DNA from: Acidimicrobiales bacterium | GTDB lineage: Bacteria; Actinomycetota; Acidimicrobiia; Acidimicrobiales; Bog-793 | Direction of reading: 5' to 3' | Assembly: GCA_050013835.1 (NCBI GenBank) | Contig: JBEKEM010000011.1 | Span: 5,896 to 69,895, forward strand | DNA: 64,000 nucleotides | Shown: one piece after another, positions 18,573-28,556 of the stretch | Layout of the letters: each line of letters opens with the position of its first letter | Numbering within the stretch: position 1 is the stretch's first letter | Notes under the pieces: model-generated | Told to the model about the DNA's origin: nothing | Database searches by the model: none | What the model saw: only the letters and a program-made list of their open reading frames with translations | Position numbers and translations under genes: made by a program

Positions 18573-20087
18573 ATGCCCGACAAGGGATGGTTCCGCCGAC
18601 TGATCGGCCGCCGCGACGCGCACCCCGAACGGGGGCGGTTCGGGCGCTTCGGGCTGCGCGCCCGCATCGCCGCTGTGTTCGCCCTCGGCGCCCTCGTGCT
18701 CTCGCTGCTCATCACGTCGATCACGTACTTCACGACGAGCTCGTCGATCGTCGCCCAGGACGAGCACTCCTTCGAGCTCCAGGCGCTCGCCAACGCGACC
18801 TCGCTCCAGGAGAGCGCCTACGCCCGCGACCCGACGATCCTCGTCGACAACCTGGTCGGGCTCTCCGACGCGCTCCGCTCGTCGACGACGTACTCGATCA
18901 TCTACGTCGCCTCCCTCGACGCCTGGATCGCCTCGTCGCCCGCGACCTTCTCCGAGGCCGACCTGCCGTCCTCGCTGCGCGCCGCGACGCTGCGGGGGAC
19001 GTCGGCCGAGCAGATGTTCTCGTTCCGCGGCACGCCGCATCTCGCCGTCGGGATCGCCCTGCCGCTCGGCGCCTACTACTTCGGGGTGTTCAGTCTCAGC
19101 CAGGCGACCGCCACCCTCCACGTGCTGCTGGCCTCCCTCGTCGCCGCCGCGGTCGTCACGACGATCCTCGGCGCCGCCCTCGGCAGCTGGGCGGCCGGGC
19201 GCACGCTGCGCCCGCTGCACGAGGTCTCCGAGGCGGCGTCGGCGATCGCGAGCGGGATGTTCGACACCCGGCTCGAGACCGGCGAACCGCGCGACCTTTC
19301 CGCGCTGACGTCGTCGTTCAACCGGATGGCCGACCGGCTCGAGCAGCGGATCGAGCGGGACGCCCGTTTCACGTCCGACGTCAGCCACGAGCTCCGCTCG
19401 CCGCTCACGACGCTGGCGACCTCCCTCTCGGTCATGGAGTCGCGCCGGGACGAACTCCCCGAACGCGCCCAGCGCGCCCTCGACCTGCTGGGCACCGAGG
19501 TACGCCGCTTCCAGCGCATGGTGCGCGACCTGCTCGAGATTTCCCAGTTCGACGCGCGATCAGCCGAGTTCACGGCCGAGCCGGTCGAGATCGGCGATCT
19601 CGTCCGGCACGCCTTCGCCCCCGCCGGGCACGCCCCGGTGACGGTCACGATCGACCCGGCCGACGACCACCGCGAGATCCTCGTCGACAAGCGCCGGATC
19701 GGGCGCGTCTTCGGGAATCTGATCGAGAACGCCGACCGCTACGCCGGCGGGGTGACTCAGGTCACCGTCGAGACGCGTGATCAGATCGTGCGCGTGCGCG
19801 TCGACGACTCGGGGCCGGGGATCCCCCCGGCGGACCGCGACCGAATCTTCGAGCGGTTCGCACGCGGCGCCGGCGGCGCCGGCAGCCGTGGAGCGGGCGT
19901 TGGCACGGGCCTCGGGCTCGCCCTCGTGCAGGAACACATCCGTCTCCACGGCGGGCGGGTCTGGGTCACCGACTCACCGACCGGGGGGGCGAGCTTCGTC
20001 GTCGAGCTGCCGCTCGCCCGGCCGGAAACCGGCGACGGCGAGGCCGGCGACGGTTCCGGCACGGCGACCGAGGGGAGCGGTCGGTGA
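18573..20087 (+). CDS. HAMP-domain sensor histidine kinase
   Basis: Two transmembrane helices, HAMP domain, H-box DVSHELRSPLT, N-box NLIENA, DSGPGI, GTGLGLA. Confidence 0.95.
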   Translation: MPDKGWFRRLIGRRDAHPERGRFGRFGLRARIAAVFALGALVLSLLITSITYFTTSSSIVAQDEHSFELQALANATSLQESAYARDPTILVDNLVGLSDALRSSTTYSIIYVASLDAWIASSPATFSEADLPSSLRAATLRGTSAEQMFSFRGTPHLAVGIALPLGAYYFGVFSLSQATATLHVLLASLVAAAVVTTILGAALGSWAAGRTLRPLHEVSEAASAIASGMFDTRLETGEPRDLSALTSSFNRMADRLEQRIERDARFTSDVSHELRSPLTTLATSLSVMESRRDELPERAQRALDLLGTEVRRFQRMVRDLLEISQFDARSAEFTAEPVEIGDLVRHAFAPAGHAPVTVTIDPADDHREILVDKRRIGRVFGNLIENADRYAGGVTQVTVETRDQIVRVRVDDSGPGIPPADRDRIFERFARGAGGAGSRGAGVGTGLGLALVQEHIRLHGGRVWVTDSPTGGASFVVELPLARPETGDGEAGDGSGTATEGSGR

Positions 20088-20689
20088 GCCGGCGCCGGCA
20101 CGGGGCCCGTTGGGTCGGCGCGGCCGCCCTGGCCCTGGCTCTTTCGGGCTGCGGCATCGCGTTGCAGACGTCGGCGCAGCCCTTCAAGGTGCCGGCGAAC
20201 CAGTTCGCGTCGCCGACGACGCTGCCGACGTCGACGCACCCCGGGCGGGCGATCGACGTCTACTTCCTCACGAACGGCTACGTCATCGCCTCGGTGCGCC
20301 ACCTGCCCCGGGGCAGGCTCTCGCTCGACCGGACACTCCAGCTGGCGCTGAACTGGCTCGACGCGGGACCCTCGAGCGTGGAGTTCGGGCTCGGCATTTC
20401 GACGGCGCTCAGCGTTTCCCCGGCGGCCACGGTGACCCTCATCGGCACGTTGAAGCACCACGTCGCCTCGGTCGACCTCGACTTGACCTTCGAGAACCTC
20501 GACACAAGCGAGCTGTTCGAGGCTGACGCTCAGATCGTCTACACGCTCACCCAATTCCACCAGGTGGGCGCCGTCAACCTCCTGCTTGGCGGCGTAAGGA
20601 CCGCCTACCTGCCCGACGGCGTCGTGCTGAACAAGCGCCCCGTCACCCGCGAGGACTACCGGGCGATCGCACCGCCGACGAAACCCTGA
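20084..20689 (+). CDS. GerMN-domain lipoprotein (LpqB-like)
   Basis: Lipobox LSGC; VYF...L.AGP...G.STA...AQIVYTLTQF...V pattern typical of GerMN. GTGA overlap with the kinase gene. Confidence 0.8.
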   Translation: MSRRRHGARWVGAAALALALSGCGIALQTSAQPFKVPANQFASPTTLPTSTHPGRAIDVYFLTNGYVIASVRHLPRGRLSLDRTLQLALNWLDAGPSSVEFGLGISTALSVSPAATVTLIGTLKHHVASVDLDLTFENLDTSELFEADAQIVYTLTQFHQVGAVNLLLGGVRTAYLPDGVVLNKRPVTREDYRAIAPPTKP

Positions 20690-20696
20690 GTCCGGC

Positions 20697-21068
20697 TCAG
20701 CTCCCGGTGATCCCGCCGGCCACGGCCTCGTCGAGGTCGACCCGGGGCGCGTCGGCCCACAGCCGTTCCAGGGAGTAGACCGAACGAGCCCCGGTGTCGA
20801 AGACGTGGACGACGAAGTCCCCGTAGTCGAGGAGCACCCACTGCGAGCCCTCGAGACCCTCCACCGATCTGACCGTGAGCCCGGCCTGCTCGCGCACGCA
20901 GCGGAAGACCTCGTCGACAATGGAACGGACCTGCCGCTCGTTGCGCCCGGCGGTGATGATGAAGTAGTCGGTGATACCGATGAGGTCGCCGACGTCCAGT
21001 ACCACGGTCGTTTCCAGGGTCTTCGCCGACGCCGCGCGGGCGGCGACGAGCGCGGCCGGCAACGTCAA
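20697..21068 (-). CDS. rsfS: Ribosome silencing factor
   Basis: TDYFIITAGRNERQV, EG...WVLLDYGDFVVHVF...YSLERLW. Only TTG starts are available (21116, 21068 or 21062). Confidence 0.93.
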   Translation of the reverse strand: MTLPAALVAARAASAKTLETTVVLDVGDLIGITDYFIITAGRNERQVRSIVDEVFRCVREQAGLTVRSVEGLEGSQWVLLDYGDFVVHVFDTGARSVYSLERLWADAPRVDLDEAVAGGITGS

Positions 21069-21147
21069 CGAGGGCAGCCGCCCAGGGCCACGGGCCTTCG
21101 GGCCGCCGCGACCCAACAGAACTCGGGTCGAAGGCTCAGGCGGCTCG

Positions 21148-21747
21148 TCATCTGTCGCGAGCGTACATCCCGCGTTCTCGGATCATGCGGACCGCGCCCT
21201 CGGGGATGAGGTAGTCGAGCGGGCGCCCCGCGGCGGCCCGTTCGCGCAGGTCCGTGCTCGAGATTTCGAGCGCCGGGATCTCGATCGCCACGGCGTGCCA
21301 GCCGACGAGTGGTCCCTCCGGTCCCGGGAGCACCGGCGTCGAGCCGGGCCGGTTGACAACAACCAGCGTCACCTGGCGCCGCACGTCGTCGAGCCGATCC
21401 CAGGTGCCGAGTCCCGCCACGACGTCGGCACCGACGATGAGGAAGAGCTCCCCCGCTGGGTCGCGCCGTCGTAGCTCGTCGACCGTGTCGATCGTGTAGG
21501 AGGGGCCACCCCGGTCGATCTCGAGGCGCGACGCCTCGAGCCCGTCCACGTCGCCGAGGGCGGCGTCGACGAGCGCCAACCGCTCCTCGGGGGGAGATAC
21601 GGGACGGTCGCCGACCTTCTGCCACGGTTCGTTCGCCACGACGAAAAGCACCCGGTCGAGCCGGAGAGTGTGGCGGGCGTTCACGGCCGCGACGAGGTGC
21701 CCGACGTGGATCGGGTCGAACGTGCCACCGAAGACACCGAGACGCAT
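21148..21747 (-). CDS. nadD: Nicotinate-nucleotide adenylyltransferase
   Basis: GGTFDPIHVGH, SYTIDT, IVGAD, ISSTDLR. Confidence 0.96.
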   Translation of the reverse strand: MRLGVFGGTFDPIHVGHLVAAVNARHTLRLDRVLFVVANEPWQKVGDRPVSPPEERLALVDAALGDVDGLEASRLEIDRGGPSYTIDTVDELRRRDPAGELFLIVGADVVAGLGTWDRLDDVRRQVTLVVVNRPGSTPVLPGPEGPLVGWHAVAIEIPALEISSTDLRERAAAGRPLDYLIPEGAVRMIRERGMYARDR

Positions 21748-21897
21748 GGACCCCTCCGCCACGGCCGTTGGACCCCGGAGCAGGGAATCCGTCCCGACCG
21801 GCCCCGACCGTCGCGCGGGCCAGCGTAGGCGCAGCGGCGTACCCAGCACCGATGCGTCAAGAACCGGACGGTGGCCCGGGTTGCCTACGCTGGGGGC

Positions 21898-23292
21898 ATG
21901 CGTCAGCTCGCCCCTGATCCGGGAGTGACGCATTCCCGCGCCGTCGAGGACGCGTCGGCGTGGGACCCCGGCTCCTGGCGGGCGCGTCCCGCTGAGCAAG
22001 GGCCCGAGTGGCCCGACCCCGCCGAGCTGGCCCGCGCCCTCGCCGAGCTGCGGGAATTCCCGCCGCTCGTCTTCGCCGGTGAGACCCGCCGGCTCATCGA
22101 GTCGCTCGGCCGCGTCGCCGACCGCCGGGCCTTCGTCCTGCAGGCGGGCGACTGCGCCGAGTCCTTCAGCGAGCTCGATACCGATGCCATCCGCGACAAG
22201 TTGAAGGTGATCCTGCAGATGGCGGTGGTGCTCACCTACGGCGCCGGAGTCCCGGTCGTGAAGATCGGGCGGATCGCAGGCCAGTTCGCCAAGCCCCGCT
22301 CGTCACCGACCGAACGCTGCGGCGACGGTGAGATTCCCTCGTTCCGGGGCCACATCGTGCACGACGACGCGCCGAACCTCGCTGCCCGCCGAGCCAACCC
22401 GTTCCGGATGATCGAGGCCTACCGGTACTCGGCCGCCACGCTCAACCTCGTGCGCACCTTCACGAAGGGCGGCTTCGCCGCCCTTGGCCAGGTGCACGCC
22501 TGGAACCAGGAGTTCGTCGCCACCAGCCGCGAGGGCCGCCGATACGAGGAGACCGCCGAGGCCATCGACCGCGCCCTGCGCTTCCTCGGTGCCTGCGGCG
22601 TGAACCTCGAGTCGGACGCGCCCACCCAGCAGGTCGACCTGTACACGAGCCATGAGGCGCTGCTGCTCGACTACGAACAGTCGCTCACCCAACGCGACCA
22701 GCTGACCGGCGACTACTACGACGGTTCGGGGCACATGCTCTGGGTGGGCGATCGCACCCGCCAGCTCGACGGCGCCCACATCGAGTTCCTGCGCGGGGTC
22801 CACAACCCGATCGGCGTGAAGCTCGGACCGTCGACGACGCCGGACGAGGCAGTCGCCCTCTGCGCCGCCCTCGACCCCGCCCGGGCGCCGGGGAGGCTGA
22901 CCCTCATCACCCGGCTGGGCGTCAACGAGGTGACGACCCTGCTGCCGCCCCTCGTACGCGCCGTCACCCGGGCCGGTCACCCCGTCGTCTGGGAGTGCGA
23001 CCCGATGCACGGCAACACGTTCGTCTCCGACAACGGCCGCAAGACCCGGCGCTTCGACGACGTCCTCGGAGAGATCAGGGGATTCTTCGCCGTGCACAGG
23101 CGGGAGGGCACCTGGCCGGGCGGCGTCCACGTCGAGCTCACCGGAGACGCCGTCACCGAATGCCTCGGCGGGGCGGAGGACATCCTCGAGGAGCACCTCT
23201 CCCTGCGCTACACGACGACCTGCGACCCGCGCCTCAACGGCCGGCAGGCGCTCGACCTCGCCTTTCGCGTCGCGGAGCTGCTGGCGGACTGA
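21898..23292 (+). CDS. Class II DAHP synthase (3-deoxy-7-phosphoheptulonate synthase)
   Basis: QAGDCAESF, GRIAGQFAKPRS, SHEALLLDYE, WVGDRTRQ, DPMHGNT, CDPRLN. Confidence 0.96.
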   Translation: MRQLAPDPGVTHSRAVEDASAWDPGSWRARPAEQGPEWPDPAELARALAELREFPPLVFAGETRRLIESLGRVADRRAFVLQAGDCAESFSELDTDAIRDKLKVILQMAVVLTYGAGVPVVKIGRIAGQFAKPRSSPTERCGDGEIPSFRGHIVHDDAPNLAARRANPFRMIEAYRYSAATLNLVRTFTKGGFAALGQVHAWNQEFVATSREGRRYEETAEAIDRALRFLGACGVNLESDAPTQQVDLYTSHEALLLDYEQSLTQRDQLTGDYYDGSGHMLWVGDRTRQLDGAHIEFLRGVHNPIGVKLGPSTTPDEAVALCAALDPARAPGRLTLITRLGVNEVTTLLPPLVRAVTRAGHPVVWECDPMHGNTFVSDNGRKTRRFDDVLGEIRGFFAVHRREGTWPGGVHVELTGDAVTECLGGAEDILEEHLSLRYTTTCDPRLNGRQALDLAFRVAELLAD

Positions 23293-25289
23293 TGCACGCC
23301 CGGAGGACCGCCCGCGCGCTCCTGAGCGCCGGCCTGGCGGTGGTGGCGCTCACGGTGCTCGGCGCAGCGAGCCGACCGGAAGCTGGAGCCACCTCGCCGG
23401 GGGCGAGGACGTGCGTCCCCCGACTGGCGACGACCACGACGACCACGACGGCGACGACCACCACGACCACCACGACGACCACGACGACGACGACCACCAC
23501 GACCACCACGACGACCACGACGACCAACCCCGCGTCGTCGTCGGCGACGACCACGACGACGACGGCGCCGACGACGACCACGCCGACGACGACAACCACG
23601 CCGCCGACGACAACCACGCCGCCGCCGACCACCACGCCGCCGCCGACCACCACGTCGCCGACGACGAAGGCCGCCAGGCCCGCCTACTACGTCGTCAAGT
23701 CGAACGGGGGGGTCACTCCCTTCGGGGGGGCGAGGTTCTACGGCTCGGAGGCCCACCACCACCTCAAGGTCGCCTTCGTCGGCGGCGCGGTGCCCGCCAG
23801 CCTGACCGGCTACTGGCTGGCCACGGCGAAGGGCAACGTCTTTCCATTCGGAGGGGCGCCGTTCCTCGGCTCGCCGGTCCACCGCGACCACCACCAGCCG
23901 ATCGTCGCCATCGCCGCCGCGCCGATCGGGACGGGCTACTGGCTCGTGGCGGCGAACGGCGCCGTCTACAACTACGGCAGCGCCGCCTACTGCGGCTCCC
24001 CCGTGCACGCCGCACTCACGTCCCGGGTCGTCGCCATCGCCGCGCCACCGGACGACGCCGGCTACTGGCTCCTCGCCGCCGACGGCACGGTCTACAACTA
24101 CGGCGACGCGCGGAGGCTCGGGTCGGTGCGGGCGACGACGCTCGACGACTCCGCCGTCGGCATCGCCCCGACCGCCGACGGGCTCGGCTACTGGATCGTC
24201 ACCTCGGACGGCACCGTCCACCACTTCGGCGATGCGATGGCCTTCACCTCGCACACCCCACGCGCCCTCGACGCCCCCGTCGTCTCGATCGTCGCCAGCG
24301 CAGATGGCGGCGGCTACTGGCTCACGACCGCCAACGGGAGGATCTTCAACTTCGGCGACGCCCGTTTCGTCGGGTCGCTCGCCCACCGGCCACTGCGCGG
24401 CACGGTCCGGGCCACCGGGATGATGCGCGACTACGTCGCCACGCCCGGCCTCGTCACCCTCCCCCACGACGTCTTCGGCTACGACATTTCGCAGTTCCAG
24501 TGCGCCCTGCCCGGCTCGACCTCCGTCGAGAACGGCCTGCCCACCTCCTCGGCGGTCTCGGTACTCCAGGTGGCGGGCTGGCTCGACGGCCATAACAACC
24601 TGTGCCTCGCAGCCGAAGCGGCCTGGGCGACGGAAGCGGCCGGTTCATCGGGCGCGCCGTACTCGCTCTACCTGTTCGTCAACTCCCCCGGCCTCACGCC
24701 GGGGGCGAACGCCCAGTCGGCGGACGGGCCGATGGGGAGCTGCGCCACCCTCGCCGGCGCCGCGGCGGCGAAGTGCCGGGCGTACAACTACGGGTTCAAC
24801 GGCGCCGACCAGGCGCTCGCCTACGCGACCGGCCAGGGCGTGCACGCCGGCCTGTGGTGGCTCGACATCGAGGGCGCCTCGCTCTCGCCCACGGCGCACT
24901 CGGACCTCGGGCGGGGCTACTACTGGTCGGACTCGACCGCTCTCAACGACGCGACGATCGAAGGCGCCCTCGGCGCCCTCGAGCAGGCGGGCCTCCAGGT
25001 CGGCCTGTACTCGACGAGCGTCCAGTACCCAGTCATCGCCGGCGACCTCGTGCCCTCCGGGCCGAGAGTGCCCCTCTGGGTCGCCGGGGTCCCCCGCACG
25101 AACCCGCCGTACTCGGAGCAGAGCCTGTCGAACCCGTCGGTCCTCGCCGCCTGGTGTGCCGGGACCGCCTCCTACAACGGCTTCAGCCGGTACAACGAGA
25201 TCTTCGCCGGCGGCGTTCCCGTGCTCCTCCAAGAGACGCCGGGCAACCTCGCCTCGCCCTACGGCATCGACCCGGACTACGCCTGCTGA
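23292..25289 (+). CDS. Secreted protein: signal peptide, Thr/Pro stalk, six GYW-type repeats, GH25-like C-terminal domain
   Basis: ATG 23292 overlaps the upstream stop. Repeats of the form GYWLxxxxGxVxxFGDA; catalytic-like GYDISQFQ and WWLDIEG, plus GLYS and LWVA. Confidence 0.75.
   Translation: MHARRTARALLSAGLAVVALTVLGAASRPEAGATSPGARTCVPRLATTTTTTTATTTTTTTTTTTTTTTTTTTTTTTTNPASSSATTTTTTAPTTTTPTTTTTPPTTTTPPPTTTPPPTTTSPTTKAARPAYYVVKSNGGVTPFGGARFYGSEAHHHLKVAFVGGAVPASLTGYWLATAKGNVFPFGGAPFLGSPVHRDHHQPIVAIAAAPIGTGYWLVAANGAVYNYGSAAYCGSPVHAALTSRVVAIAAPPDDAGYWLLAADGTVYNYGDARRLGSVRATTLDDSAVGIAPTADGLGYWIVTSDGTVHHFGDAMAFTSHTPRALDAPVVSIVASADGGGYWLTTANGRIFNFGDARFVGSLAHRPLRGTVRATGMMRDYVATPGLVTLPHDVFGYDISQFQCALPGSTSVENGLPTSSAVSVLQVAGWLDGHNNLCLAAEAAWATEAAGSSGAPYSLYLFVNSPGLTPGANAQSADGPMGSCATLAGAAAAKCRAYNYGFNGADQALAYATGQGVHAGLWWLDIEGASLSPTAHSDLGRGYYWSDSTALNDATIEGALGALEQAGLQVGLYSTSVQYPVIAGDLVPSGPRVPLWVAGVPRTNPPYSEQSLSNPSVLAAWCAGTASYNGFSRYNEIFAGGVPVLLQETPGNLASPYGIDPDYAC
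23430..23525 (+). repeat. ACG/ACC codon tract encoding poly-Thr (32 codons, one Ala)
   Basis: Directly visible run (acgaccacgacgacc...); PT-rich repeats continue to about 23668. Confidence 0.95.
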
Positions 25290-26038
25290 TTCGTCGCCGC
25301 CCACTCCGGTGACTCGACGCCGACCCAGTCCGGCTCCGTCGAGCGGATCTCGGGCCTCCCGCCGAGGTGGGCGGCGTCGTTGTAGCGCACCAGCCGCCAG
25401 CGCGAGCCGGTGTGGTGCCACTCGGTGATCGAGGTGTTGGCCGGGTGGAGCCGGACGACGTTGCCGTGCTCGGCGAGCCCGAGAAAACGGATCATCGAGG
25501 AGTCGACGACCCCGCCGTGCGCCACGATGACGACGAGGCCCCCCGGGTTGGCGGCCGCGACGTCGGCCAGGGCGGCGGCCGCCCGGTCGAGGAAGTCGAT
25601 CCAGCTCTCGCCGCCCGGCGAGGTCGGGAACTCCGGATCGTCGCCCGGCAGGCCGCGGCGCTGGTAGTGCTCCTCGTAGTCGGCCCAGGTCATCCCGTCG
25701 GCCTCCCCCGGGTGGCGCTCGCAGAACGCACAGTTCCGGCCGAACTCGGTGACGCCGAGGGCGGGGGCAAGGACGGCCGCCGTCTCGATGGCGCGGGGCA
25801 GCACGCTCGTCCACACCGCCTTCGCGCCGGCGAGCTCGCCGGTGCGGGTCAGCCGGGCGGCGAGCGCCTCGGCCTGGGCGACGCCGCGGGGGGTGAGCCC
25901 GCGGCAGCCCTTGTGCCCGCCGATCACCCCGTCGACGTTGGCGAACGCCTCGCCGTGGCGGATGATGGCCAGCCGCGTCCCGACAGCGATGGCGGCGGAG
26001 GACGCCGCCGGGCCCGCGGATGCCGCCTGTTCGCTCAC
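25277..26038 (-). CDS. Histidine phosphatase (phosphoglycerate mutase) family protein
   Basis: IIRHGE, SVLPRAIETA, PGGES, VAHGG, NTSITE, YNDAAHL. TAACGT lies 7 nt before GTG 26038. Overlaps the convergent gene by 13 bp. Confidence 0.9.
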   Translation of the reverse strand: MSEQAASAGPAASSAAIAVGTRLAIIRHGEAFANVDGVIGGHKGCRGLTPRGVAQAEALAARLTRTGELAGAKAVWTSVLPRAIETAAVLAPALGVTEFGRNCAFCERHPGEADGMTWADYEEHYQRRGLPGDDPEFPTSPGGESWIDFLDRAAAALADVAAANPGGLVVIVAHGGVVDSSMIRFLGLAEHGNVVRLHPANTSITEWHHTGSRWRLVRYNDAAHLGGRPEIRSTEPDWVGVESPEWAATNQQA

Positions 26039-26096
26039 GTTCGGCACGTTACTGGCTCGGCACCACCCCGCCCGGACGGGTGAAGGCTGGACCGCG

Positions 26097-27344
26097 CTAG
26101 GTGCGGATCTGCCCGTCGCCTTCGATCACGAACTTCACCGAGGTGAGCTCGCGCAGCCCCATCGGGCCCCGGGCGTGCAGCTTCTGCGTCGAGATCCCGA
26201 TCTCGGCGCCCAGCCCGAGCTCGCCGCCGTCGACGAAACGGGTCGAGGCGTTGACGAGCACGGCGGCGGCGTCGACCTCGGCCACGAATCGCCGGGCGGC
26301 AAGGTAGTCGCGCGTCACGATCGCCTCGGAGTGCCCCGTCGAGTACCGGGCGATGTGGTCGATGGCGCCGTCGAGGTCGTCAACCACGGCGACGGCGAGA
26401 CGCAAAGAGAGGAACTCCGTCGCGTAGTCCGTCTCCGTGGCGGCGCCGATCCCGGGGAGGATGGCGCGGCTCGCGTCGTCGCCGACGAGCTCGACGCCCG
26501 CGAGGGCGGCGGCGAGCCGCGGCAGGGCCACGGACGCGATCGACCGGTGGACGAGCAGGGTCTCGACCGCGTTGCAGACGCTGGGCCGCTGGGTCTTGGC
26601 GTTGACGACGATCCGCTCGGCCACGTCGAGGTCGGCGTCAGCGTCGACGTAGACATGGCAGTTCCCGTCGCCGTCGACGACGTAGGGAACCGTCGCCTGC
26701 TCGACGACGAGCGCGACGAGCGCCGGCCCGCCCCGGGGGACGAGGCAGTCGATCACGCCGCGCAGCCGCACGAACTCGGCGACCGTCTCGTGCCGGGTGT
26801 CCTCGACGAGCACCACGGCGTCGGCCGGCAGGCCCGCCTTCACCACGCCGCGGCGCAGCGCCGACGCGATCGCGACGTTGGACCCGATCGCGCCCTCCGA
26901 GCCGCGCAAGAGGACCGCGTTCCCGCTTTTCAGACACAACCCCGCCGCGTCCGAGGTGACGTTCGGGCGGTTCTCGTAGACGATGCCGACGACCCCGAGC
27001 GGGACGCGTACCCGCCGGACAATGAGCCCGTTCGGGCGCACCCAGCCCTCGACCACCTCGCCGACCGGGTCGGCGAGGGCGGCGACGGCCGCCAGGCCCT
27101 CCCCCATCTGCGCGAGGCGGCCGCCATTCAGGCGGAGCCGGTCGACGACCGACGGCGTCGCGCCGGCGCCCTCCGCCCGGGAGACGTCGGCGGCGTTCGC
27201 CGCCAGGATCTCGTCGGCGGAGGCACCGAGCGCCTCCGCGGCGAACCCGAGGGCGTCGTCTTTCTGGCCGGTCGTCGACTTGGCGAGGACCCGGGACGCC
27301 GCCTTGGCGCGCCGGCCGAGCTCCGCGAGTGATTCGCTGGCCAT
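26097..27344 (-). CDS. proA: Gamma-glutamyl phosphate reductase
   Basis: [51 protein letters not shown]. Confidence 0.97.
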   Translation of the reverse strand: MASESLAELGRRAKAASRVLAKSTTGQKDDALGFAAEALGASADEILAANAADVSRAEGAGATPSVVDRLRLNGGRLAQMGEGLAAVAALADPVGEVVEGWVRPNGLIVRRVRVPLGVVGIVYENRPNVTSDAAGLCLKSGNAVLLRGSEGAIGSNVAIASALRRGVVKAGLPADAVVLVEDTRHETVAEFVRLRGVIDCLVPRGGPALVALVVEQATVPYVVDGDGNCHVYVDADADLDVAERIVVNAKTQRPSVCNAVETLLVHRSIASVALPRLAAALAGVELVGDDASRAILPGIGAATETDYATEFLSLRLAVAVVDDLDGAIDHIARYSTGHSEAIVTRDYLAARRFVAEVDAAAVLVNASTRFVDGGELGLGAEIGISTQKLHARGPMGLRELTSVKFVIEGDGQIRT

Positions 27345-27352
27345 GGTCCACG

Positions 27353-28498
27353 CTACCGGGGCCGGGTGCCGCCCGGCGAGCGGGGACGGCGAGGAAGGGC
27401 CGAAGCGCCGGAGAGCACGACGAGGTCGTCACGGTGGACGAGCTCGCCCGCGAGGTCAGCGGGGAGGTCCGCGGAGCGCCTGCCCAGCCACTCTGCGGCC
27501 CGGTCCGAGGGCAGGCGGGTGATCCCCTTGGCGACGACCGAGCCATCCGCCGCGGCGATCTCGATCGGATCGTCGCGCCCGAACGGCGCCGCGATCTCCA
27601 CGACGCCCGCCGGCAGAAGGCTCGCCTCCCGCTCGAGGAGGGCGCGGCGGCAGCCCTCGTCGACGATGACCCGCCCCGTGGCCGGGAGGGCAAACGCGAT
27701 CCACGCCTTGCGGGCCGGGAGCCGCTCCGCGCGGGGGAGGATCGTCGTGCCGACCCCGGAAACGCGGCGCACGGCGTCGACGACGACACCCGGGCGGCTC
27801 GCCGCGGCGATCACGGCGCGCACCCCGCACCACGCCGCCATCCGGCCGGCGGCGAGCTTCGAGGCCATGCCCCCGCTGCCGGACGCCGAGCCGGGGCCGC
27901 CGGCGACGGCGTCGAATGCGGCGTCGACGGCGACGACCTGCTCGACGAGCGTCGCATCGGCGCAGCGCCGCGGATCGGCGTCGAAGAGCCCCTCGGTGTC
28001 GGTGAGCAGGACGAGGCACTCCGCCGCGACGAGGTTGGCGACAAGAGCGGCGAGACGGTCGTTGTCGCCGAAGCGGATCTCGTCGTCGGCGACGGCATCG
28101 TTCTCGTTGATGACCGGCACCGCGCCGAGTTCGATCAGCCGGCCGATCGTCTCCCGGGCGTGGAGGTACTGGCGGCGGGCGCCGAAATCCGGCAGTGACA
28201 GCAGCACCTGGGCGGCGAAGAGCCCCTCGGCGGCGAGTGCCTCGTCGTAGACGCGCATCAGGCGGTGCTGGCCGATCGTCGAGAGCGCCTGCAGGGTCGT
28301 CGTGTCCGTCGGCCGCCCCCCCGCCGGCCCGGTCGCGGCGACGCCGGCCGTGACGGCGCCCGAGGTGACGACGACGACAGGCTGGCCCGCCCGCCACAGC
28401 TCGCCGATCTCGGCGGCGAGCTTGGCGACGGCGGCCGCGTCGACGAGGCCGTCGGCACCCGTCACCGAGGACGACCCGATCTTCACGACGACGGTCAC
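27353..28498 (-). CDS. proB: Glutamate 5-kinase
   Basis: [38 protein letters not shown] domain ending VHRDDL. Confidence 0.97.
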   Translation of the reverse strand: MTVVVKIGSSSVTGADGLVDAAAVAKLAAEIGELWRAGQPVVVVTSGAVTAGVAATGPAGGRPTDTTTLQALSTIGQHRLMRVYDEALAAEGLFAAQVLLSLPDFGARRQYLHARETIGRLIELGAVPVINENDAVADDEIRFGDNDRLAALVANLVAAECLVLLTDTEGLFDADPRRCADATLVEQVVAVDAAFDAVAGGPGSASGSGGMASKLAAGRMAAWCGVRAVIAAASRPGVVVDAVRRVSGVGTTILPRAERLPARKAWIAFALPATGRVIVDEGCRRALLEREASLLPAGVVEIAAPFGRDDPIEIAAADGSVVAKGITRLPSDRAAEWLGRRSADLPADLAGELVHRDDLVVLSGASALPRRPRSPGGTRPR

Positions 28499-28556
28499 CC
28501 GGGGCCCCCGTCGCCGCGCGGTGGCGCGCCCCTGAGCGCGAACGGTTGCCGTCGCA

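Noticed and set aside
22995..23291. N-terminal extension of the secreted repeat protein
   Set aside because: It overlaps the DAHP synthase gene out of frame; the signal peptide begins at ATG 23292.
23430..23668. Repeat tract as a CRISPR array
   Set aside because: Low-complexity in-frame codons with no repeat-spacer structure and no cas genes.
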